From Deltaproteobacteria bacterium (GTDB taxonomy: Bacteria; SAR324; NAC60-12), in contig JAYOTF010000008.1 of the NCBI GenBank assembly GCA_038150265.1, forward strand, positions 1 to 64,000: a stretch of 64,000 bases of DNA, written 5' to 3'. Both the position numbers and the translations under genes were made by a program. Position 1 is the first letter of the stretch; every line of letters begins with the position of its first letter. Shown here one piece after another: positions 57,366-64,000 of this stretch. A model generated the notes under the pieces. That model searched no databases. It was not told where the DNA came from and saw only the letters and a list, made by a program, of their open reading frames with translations.

Positions 57366-58988
57366 CTACATCCGGAAGGGTTTTTCGGACCGCTGCATGC
57401 GTTCCAGAATCGCTTCAAAGCGCAACTCCGTGACCACTGTTTCCTTGAACAGGTTGGCCGAGAAGGAATAGAGCCAGTTTCGGGAGATCAGGTACACGGG
57501 ACCCTTCCAGACCATGTTGAGGTTCTTGAGGGTGGGCTTGATCCAGTCCTTGCGCAGCCGGCGACCGTCGTCGCGGTGGTAGAGCAGCAGTCCGCCGTCC
57601 TGGAAGTCGGTGTCAATGAGGTAGATGCGGGGGCGGTGGAAGTGCGTGAAGAACTGGAGCATTTCCTCCTTCACCGGCTCCGGGTCGAGCCAAACGTACG
57701 TCCGGTCCTCCTGAACGATGCTGTCTGGCGGCAAGCGCAGGCGCTGAGCCTCGGCTCGGTGGAAGCGGTTGAGGTGGAACTCATGGACCAGCGCAGGTGT
57801 CAGGAAGCGCCGGAGGAATTCGTAATCCGTCACCGTCCGGATGAGGTTTTCCATGTACGAAACCGGTGGCTGGTGGGGCTCTCGGTGCCACTGATCCTTG
57901 ACCGACTGGTCGGTTTCCTCAGTGTACTCCAGCGACACCTTGCCGTCCTGGTAAAGCTCCTCAATGTGGTTCCAGAGGTGGAAGCCCAGGTGGTAGGGGT
58001 TTCGAGCGTAGTAGGGGCGTGGGTAGCAGACCCCCGAAAAGACCCGGGCGTAGTCGATGATCCCGGTAACGGCCTTCTCCTTGAACAGCTCCAGCATGAT
58101 CTTCTTCTCCCAGTACATCGCCCAGCCTTCGTTCATGACTTGGGTCCGGATGATGAAATCGTGGGTGAAGTGCGTGGTGTAAAGGTAGTTCAGCAGCGTC
58201 TTTTCCGAGCGGCTCGTGGGGGCATGGTTCCGGAGAAAGCCAAAGATGTCCTGACAGGGCGCCCGGAGCTTGTACCCCTTGCGGCTGAGGGTTTCCTGCC
58301 GGAGCTTCGACTGCATCTCCTTGTACCAGGCCTGATCCGGATCCTGCTGATGCAGCAGCGCATCCAGGGTTGAGGAGACCGGCGCAAAGAGCGGGTCTGG
58401 CTGGGGCTCCGGAACATGGGTGTCCGTTTCTTGCTGACGTGCCGGGGTGTCGGTTTCAACCGACCGAGCCAGGTTGTACTGGGAGTGGGGGGCAATGAGC
58501 GAGATGAGGGACTCGCAGGCGTTCCAGTACTGAGAGTAATGCACCTCTCCCATCTGCTGTCGGGCGCGGTCCACCTTGCGGACCAGGTGCATCACGTATT
58601 CGGTGCGGTCCTGTGTGGAGTCCCGGAGGACGTTCAGCTCGGAGAACTCGCAGTGCCCCACGACGTGGGCCATCACCGACGCCTGCATCATCGGCGAGTT
58701 GGTGTGGTTGAGGTAGGCGTAGGACGGGTTTCCGGTCTGGACCACCTCATAATAGATGGCCGACTCCTGTCCGGTCTCAACCCGGTGCTTGCGTCCGACC
58801 ATGCGTTTGCCCTCCCAGATGTTGACGGGGGAGGTGGGGTAGACGCCCTTCTCCAGGAGCGACATGAACTCCAGGCTGTCCAGCACAAAGAAGCGCATCT
58901 CCGGAAGGGTCCGGCCAAAGCTCCGGGCATGGTGCAGGACCCGTTGTTCCAGCAGGTGCAGTTCAGGATCGTTTTGAATGCTGTGCAT
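57366..58988 (-). CDS. SpoVR/YcgB family protein
   Basis: IYYEVV, PSYAYL, MAHVVGH, TQVMNEGWAMYWE and NPYHLG. Confidence 0.88.
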   Translation of the reverse strand: MHSIQNDPELHLLEQRVLHHARSFGRTLPEMRFFVLDSLEFMSLLEKGVYPTSPVNIWEGKRMVGRKHRVETGQESAIYYEVVQTGNPSYAYLNHTNSPMMQASVMAHVVGHCEFSELNVLRDSTQDRTEYVMHLVRKVDRARQQMGEVHYSQYWNACESLISLIAPHSQYNLARSVETDTPARQQETDTHVPEPQPDPLFAPVSSTLDALLHQQDPDQAWYKEMQSKLRQETLSRKGYKLRAPCQDIFGFLRNHAPTSRSEKTLLNYLYTTHFTHDFIIRTQVMNEGWAMYWEKKIMLELFKEKAVTGIIDYARVFSGVCYPRPYYARNPYHLGFHLWNHIEELYQDGKVSLEYTEETDQSVKDQWHREPHQPPVSYMENLIRTVTDYEFLRRFLTPALVHEFHLNRFHRAEAQRLRLPPDSIVQEDRTYVWLDPEPVKEEMLQFFTHFHRPRIYLIDTDFQDGGLLLYHRDDGRRLRKDWIKPTLKNLNMVWKGPVYLISRNWLYSFSANLFKETVVTELRFEAILERMQRSEKPFRM

Positions 58989-60049
58989 CAGCGTTCCGCG
59001 AACAGGGTTTTGATCACTTCAATGGTTTCCAGACGGTCATTGATCTCGCCGAGGCGGATCACCTGGTCCCGGTGAAACTGAGTGGCCACCTGGCGGTTGA
59101 GCAGGCTGAGCCGCCCCGGCTGAACCTCAACGATGCCAATGCGGTTGAAGATGGGCCGCATCTGGTCTTCAAGAACCGTGACGATCTCCTTGGCGTCTTC
59201 ATCAAAGAGCTCGCCGTCTCCAAAGTAGAATCCGTAAAAATTGGTTGAGGCCGGGTCATATTCATTGGTGGCCACCTGATGCACCAATTGATACACCGGC
59301 GCGGCCAGGGTGCCTCCGGAGTTTCCGACCTGGTAGAAGTCTTCCTCCTGCACCTCATGGGCTTCGGCATCATGGACAAAGAAGCGGTGCTCCACATTCT
59401 TGGCGCCATAGTTGAAGTCGATCCAGTGCTGGATGAACCCAACCAGTCGCTTCTCAAGCTTGAGGCGCTCGCCGTAGGTGGAGAACGAGATGTCGCCCAT
59501 GTAGAAGACGACCGCCTTGAACTTCGGCTTCTCCACGCGTTCCGGAACCTTGTAGCGCCGGTCGCGTCGGTGGAACTCAATGGTGTGCTTGCCAACCTCC
59601 GGGCGGTACACCTCCATGCCGATGCTGGTCTTCAGCGCCCGCTTGAAGGTCCGCTTCTTGTCCAGCACCGCCCCAACGGGTCCGAAGGTCTTGAACTCGT
59701 GGGTCACCTCCTTGATGCGGCCCTTGCCTTCCTTCTTCAGGTTGGGCAGGCGCAGGGAGCGGGAAACACGCTCCATGAGGAAGTCGAAGGGGACACTGAA
59801 GCGAATCTTGCCTCCGCCTCGTCCGGGTCCTGCTCCTCCACTTCCGCCGCCCCCACCTTCGTCTCCATAGGTGAAGGTCGGCGCGATGATGTCGTCGATT
59901 TCTACAATGACGTCACTCCCGCGATCGCCCACCGACGTCAGGTCACCTTCCGTCAAAATGGAGTCCACCAGGTTTTCGAGCTGGTCCTCGATGAACTCGT
60001 TGAAGGCGCCTTCCGACTCGCTGGAGGAGATGCTGTCGGTTTCAAGCAT
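58988..60049 (-). CDS. DUF444 (YeaH/YhbH) family protein
   Basis: Gly-rich linker, LRLPNLKKEG, DKKRTFKRAL, MIDAS-like DISFS, SGGT and FGDGE. Confidence 0.85.
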   Translation of the reverse strand: MLETDSISSSESEGAFNEFIEDQLENLVDSILTEGDLTSVGDRGSDVIVEIDDIIAPTFTYGDEGGGGGSGGAGPGRGGGKIRFSVPFDFLMERVSRSLRLPNLKKEGKGRIKEVTHEFKTFGPVGAVLDKKRTFKRALKTSIGMEVYRPEVGKHTIEFHRRDRRYKVPERVEKPKFKAVVFYMGDISFSTYGERLKLEKRLVGFIQHWIDFNYGAKNVEHRFFVHDAEAHEVQEEDFYQVGNSGGTLAAPVYQLVHQVATNEYDPASTNFYGFYFGDGELFDEDAKEIVTVLEDQMRPIFNRIGIVEVQPGRLSLLNRQVATQFHRDQVIRLGEINDRLETIEVIKTLFAER

Positions 60050-60097
60050 GGTCGTCCCGTTGGAGAAGAAGCGGAGCCTGGCCCTGGAGGTCAGGGG

Positions 60098-60814
60098 TTA
60101 CTGATCCAGCAGCTCAATGGACTCGATGTAGGCCTTGGCATGCCGGCCGTTCTTTTCGTTGGTCTTCTGCACATCAATCTCAATGGTCAGGCCACTGATT
60201 GGGGGCATGGCCTTGCCGAATTCCTGCTGGAAGAGCTGAGGCAGTTCGACCTCGGTGACAAAGGTGGTGTTGAGGCTGCCGTCACAGGGGATGCAGAAGT
60301 ACCGCCCGCCCTTTTGCCAGTAATTGGCGACATAGGCCTGGTCGGGCCGTTCCTTTTCGCCAAGGAAGAAGCTCATGAAGTAGGGCAGGTCCGGAACAAA
60401 GCTGTTGCCGCTGTCGACCTTCTCATCGCCAAAGAACACCATCAGGGAGATGGGCTCGCGGGTGTTGCGGGTTTGGTCCCTGGGGCCACTCCAGTCGGCA
60501 CCGTCCGGATACTGCTCCACGCCCCAGCGGATGCGCAGGCGCTGAACCCCTTCAAGGTAGGCGCCTTCGTCAAACTGCCGGATCACCAGGCCCAGGTCGT
60601 CATCAGTGGGCTCCACCACGAAGCGTCCGTTTTCGAAGCGAGGGTTCATGCTGTCGATGTCTTCCTTGAACTCCCACCCTTGCTTCTGGAACCAGTCTTC
60701 CGGGTCTCCGGAGGCTTTGGAAAAATCGAGTGTCAGGCGGGAGTCCGCAAGGGCTCCGGAAGCGCCCAGAAGCAGCAAGGCAGTGAAGGCCAGGAGGGAT
60801 TTTCGTCGTTTCAT
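60098..60814 (-). CDS. Exported protein, DUF3047-like
   Basis: Signal peptide MKRRKSLLAFTALLLLGASGALA, LRIRWGVEQYPDGADW and FGKAMPPISGLTIEID. Start moved to ATG 60814. Confidence 0.55.
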   Translation of the reverse strand: MKRRKSLLAFTALLLLGASGALADSRLTLDFSKASGDPEDWFQKQGWEFKEDIDSMNPRFENGRFVVEPTDDDLGLVIRQFDEGAYLEGVQRLRIRWGVEQYPDGADWSGPRDQTRNTREPISLMVFFGDEKVDSGNSFVPDLPYFMSFFLGEKERPDQAYVANYWQKGGRYFCIPCDGSLNTTFVTEVELPQLFQQEFGKAMPPISGLTIEIDVQKTNEKNGRHAKAYIESIELLDQ

Positions 60815-61026
60815 ATCAGGTCGTCTGGAGGTCGGTGATGGGAGATGTGCCCTATTGGCGAACAACGTAACGCATTTCCTCTGGCACGCAAGCAAAAATC
60901 AAGGCCCTGGCCTGTGCCGGGAAAGGGGGGCTCCGTGGGCTGACAATCGGAATTGCCCGTTGGGGCTGAGTAGGCTATGTTGACTCGATTGACATTTTGT
61001 TCCTGCCTCCATCCGAGATAACGGCG

Positions 61027-62235
61027 ATGACGGAAACCCGCTTTGAGACAATTGAAGAAGCCATAGAGGCCATCCGGAATGGTGAGATGGTCCTGATGGT
61101 GGACGACGCTGACCGGGAAAATGAGGGAGACCTCATCTGTGCAGCAGAGAAGGTGACCCCGGAAGTGATCAACTTCATGGCAAAGTACGCCCGTGGCCTC
61201 ATCTGCATGCCCATCGATGAGGCGCGTTGCAAGCAGCTGGATCTGCCGCTGATGGTCTCGGAAAACACGTCCGGACACGGAACCAACTTTACGGTGACCA
61301 TTGAGGCCGCGACGGGGGTCTCGACCGGCATCTCTGCCGCAGACCGGGCCCGAACGGTTCAGGTCGCCATGTCTGCAGAAGCGGGCCCCAGTGACCTGCG
61401 GCGGCCGGGGCACATCTTTCCGCTCCTTGCTCAAGAAGGGGGGGTGCTCAAGCGCGCCGGGCACACCGAAGCCGCAGTGGATCTGGCCCGCATGGCCGGC
61501 TTCAAGCCCGGAGGCGTCATCTGCGAGGTCATGAATGACGATGGCTCCATGGCCCGGGTTCCGGAGCTGCGCCAGTTTGCCGACGACCACAACATCAAGC
61601 TGGTGACCATTGCGGACCTGATTCAGTACCGCAAGCGCCATGAGACGCTTGTGGACATCAAGGCGGAAGCCGTCTTGCCAACGCAGTGGGGCACCTTCCG
61701 CGTCATCGGCTTCCGGAGCCGCCTGGATGACAGCGACTACGTGGCCCTGGTCAAGGGAAGCTGGGAGCCCGAGGAGCCGGTGCTGGTTCGGGTCCACTCG
61801 GAGTGCCTGACCGGAGACGTGTTCGGCTCCTTCCGCTGCGACTGTGGTCCCCAGCTGCACGCGGCCATGGAGCTGGTGGAGCAAGAGGGCCGGGGGGTCA
61901 TCCTCTACCTGCCTCAGGAGGGCCGAGGCATTGGCCTGATGAACAAGATCCGGGCCTACCGGTTGCAGGAAGAAGGGGCAGACACCGTGGAGGCGAACAA
62001 GGAGCTGGGCTTTCAGCCCGACCTCCGGGATTACGGCCTGGGGGCTCAGATGCTCTTCATGCTTGGGGTGCGTCGCATGCGTCTGATGACGAACAACCCG
62101 CGGAAAATTGTCGGCATTCAGGGCCATGGCCTTGAGGTCGTGGAACGGGTGCCGCTTCAGACCCCGACCAACCCCAGCAACGAGGCCTACCTCCGTGCCA
62201 AGCAGAGCAAACTGGGGCACCTCCTGACCTTTTGA
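61027..62235 (+). CDS. ribBA: Bifunctional DHBP synthase / GTP cyclohydrolase II
   Basis: [40 protein letters not shown] and QEGRGIG. Confidence 0.96.
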   Translation: MTETRFETIEEAIEAIRNGEMVLMVDDADRENEGDLICAAEKVTPEVINFMAKYARGLICMPIDEARCKQLDLPLMVSENTSGHGTNFTVTIEAATGVSTGISAADRARTVQVAMSAEAGPSDLRRPGHIFPLLAQEGGVLKRAGHTEAAVDLARMAGFKPGGVICEVMNDDGSMARVPELRQFADDHNIKLVTIADLIQYRKRHETLVDIKAEAVLPTQWGTFRVIGFRSRLDDSDYVALVKGSWEPEEPVLVRVHSECLTGDVFGSFRCDCGPQLHAAMELVEQEGRGVILYLPQEGRGIGLMNKIRAYRLQEEGADTVEANKELGFQPDLRDYGLGAQMLFMLGVRRMRLMTNNPRKIVGIQGHGLEVVERVPLQTPTNPSNEAYLRAKQSKLGHLLTF

Positions 62236-62403
62236 AATGGCTTGATTGCTCAGGGATGCTGTGACAGGTTATGCACTTTGACTTTTTAGCGCCTTTGCAC
62301 CGAAACCTGTCCTTCAGTGTAGAGCGGTTGTTAAGGGACCGGCCTCTGGTGGGGTCGTCTCATGCGCTGCGCGATTCTTCGTTAATGTCCTAGGAGTTCC
62401 CGA

Positions 62404-63858
62404 ATGGAATTCATCACCGCCAAAGACCTCATCCCAATCATTCCGGAGATCATCCTCACTGTGGTGGCCCTGGCGGTCATGATGGCCGATCTGTTTGCTC
62501 CCAAGGAGCATCGAACCGATACCTTGGCGGTGGCAACGCTCGGCGGCTTCCTGCTCGCACTTTACGCGGAGTTTCAGCTTTACGGAACCAACGCCTCCGG
62601 TTTTTACGGAACCGTGGTGGCCGATGGGTACTCCATCCTCTTCGAAAGCATCTACCTGTTTGTGGGCATCCTGACGGTCCTCCTCTCGCGGCAGTACCTG
62701 GCCGACCACAACATGAATTACGGTGAGTACTACGTGCTGCTCATCAGCTCGGTCATTGGCATGATGTTCATGACCTCCAGCCTCGACCTGTTGGTCATCT
62801 TCATTGGCCTGGAGATCATGTCCATTTCCAGCTACATCCTGGTGGGCATGCGCCGCGGGGTGCCCCGCTCTGGCGAGGCGGCCCTGAAGTACCTCCTCCT
62901 GGGGGCCTTCTCCACCGGCTTCCTGCTCTACGGCTTCTCGCTGCTCTACGGAGCCACCGGCAGCACCTTGATTCCGGAAATCATTTACTCCCTTGGTCAG
63001 GAAGGCGCCGCGACCAATCCGCTGGCAATCGTCGGCGGCTCCATGATCATCATTGCCGTGGGCTTCAAGGTCGCGGTGGTGCCGTTTCACATGTGGACTC
63101 CAGACGTCTATTCGGGGGCTCCGACCCCGGTCACGGGCTTCATGTCTGCTGCCGCGAAGGCGGCAGGATTTGCCATGCTGGTGCGCATCCTGTTGACGGG
63201 CATGCCCATGGGTTCCGAAAACTGGAGCAACCTGCTCTGGCTGATTGCGGTCCTGACGATGACCATCGGCAACCTCATGGCCCTGCAGCAGAGTGACGTC
63301 AAGCGCATGCTGGCCTACTCGTCCATCGCCCACGCCGGCTACGTCATGGTCGCCGTGACGGTGGGGACGGATTCAGCCCTGAGCGGCATCCTCTTCTACT
63401 CCTGCGCCTATGCCATCATGGGAACCGGAGCCTTCGGCATCCTGACGATCACCCGGCACGGCAAGGCACCGGAAACCTTTGACGACCTCGCCGGCTACGC
63501 CAAGCAGCGGCCCTTCCTGGCCTTCCTGATGGCGCTGTTCATGCTGTCGCTCATCGGACTGCCCCTGACCGGTGGCTTCACGGGCAAGCTGCAGATCTTC
63601 GGTTCTGCGCTGGAAGAAGGCTGGGTCTGGCTGACGGTCATTGGGCTGCTCAACAGCGGCCTCTCGGTCTACTACTACCTCCGGGTGATTGTGTACATGT
63701 ACATGCGGGACGGTCATGCTCCTGCCACTGAAGACCTGCGGCAGCCTTCCGGGTTTGCCATTGCTGGCCTGATCGGCTCCGCGGTTGCGGTCCTCTACCT
63801 CGGGATCTTCCCGGAAACCTTCATGGAGTTGGCCGCCCTTTCGGTCCGAGGCCTCTAA
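62404..63858 (+). CDS. nuoN: NADH-quinone oxidoreductase subunit N
   Basis: About 14 TM segments with EAALKY, FKVAVVPFHMWTPDVYSGAPTP and KRMLAYSSIAHAGY. Confidence 0.93.
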   Translation: MEFITAKDLIPIIPEIILTVVALAVMMADLFAPKEHRTDTLAVATLGGFLLALYAEFQLYGTNASGFYGTVVADGYSILFESIYLFVGILTVLLSRQYLADHNMNYGEYYVLLISSVIGMMFMTSSLDLLVIFIGLEIMSISSYILVGMRRGVPRSGEAALKYLLLGAFSTGFLLYGFSLLYGATGSTLIPEIIYSLGQEGAATNPLAIVGGSMIIIAVGFKVAVVPFHMWTPDVYSGAPTPVTGFMSAAAKAAGFAMLVRILLTGMPMGSENWSNLLWLIAVLTMTIGNLMALQQSDVKRMLAYSSIAHAGYVMVAVTVGTDSALSGILFYSCAYAIMGTGAFGILTITRHGKAPETFDDLAGYAKQRPFLAFLMALFMLSLIGLPLTGGFTGKLQIFGSALEEGWVWLTVIGLLNSGLSVYYYLRVIVYMYMRDGHAPATEDLRQPSGFAIAGLIGSAVAVLYLGIFPETFMELAALSVRGL

Positions 63859-63924
63859 GCCTCTCCCCCTTCGGAGGCGCAAGCCTCCTCCCGCCGCACG
63901 TCACACTTATTGCATGGAGCGCCA

Positions 63925-64000
63925 ATGCCTGCAGTGCGTCGAGGATTCAGTCTGATGGAAGTCATGATCGTTGTGGTCATCATCGGAATCCTGGCAACCC
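63925..64000 (+). CDS. Type IV pilin / type II secretion pseudopilin, N-terminal fragment cut by the window end
   Basis: Not in the ORF track. It translates as MPAVRRG-FSLMEVMIVVVIIGILAT, a class III signal peptide with G|F and E5. Confidence 0.85.
   Translation, partial: MPAVRRGFSLMEVMIVVVIIGILAT

Noticed and set aside
60815..61026. FMN riboswitch or sigma-54 promoter upstream of ribBA
   Set aside because: No RFN consensus is visible, and TGGCACG near 60882 lacks the TTGC -12 element at the right spacing.

Overview
A GC-rich (roughly 60-63% by eye) bacterial chromosomal segment, densely coding and mostly on the minus strand. I found no rRNA, tRNA, CRISPR array, transposase, integrase or prophage. 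It mixes housekeeping genes (serC, argH, asnS, thrS, lon, ctaA, hemE, comM, recD2, holB, ispG, ribBA, a lone nuoN) with a complete thiosulfate/sulfide oxidation cluster at 44.5-54.9 kb (soxX-Y-Z-A-K-B-C-D, fccA/fccB(soxF), a diheme cytochrome c, a SoxW-like thioredoxin and an MFS transporter). The gene content suggests a deltaproteobacteria-like sulfur oxidiser such as SAR324; this is inference only. The most notable observations are: (1) the palindrome TCCGGA is strongly over-represented in all reading frames, like a HIP1-type highly iterated palindrome; (2) an operon of a PhnD-like binding protein, an orphan histidine kinase and a Fluc fluoride channel, with no ABC permease or response regulator; (3) an MFS gene at the end of the sox operon that has no canonical start codon and lies in frame behind the upstream amber stop; (4) a RomR/PopZ-like acidic pseudo-receiver scaffold with internal repeats; (5) a TerB/PilZ-like/Zn-finger multidomain protein; (6) a stand-alone DnaC/IstB-like ATPase; (7) a DUF444-SpoVR operon lacking its usual PrkA partner; (8) paired palindromes and intergenic hairpins in the sox locus. 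Family assignments come from recognising motifs in the translations, not from database searches. Several start codons were moved from the ORF track to more plausible downstream starts.
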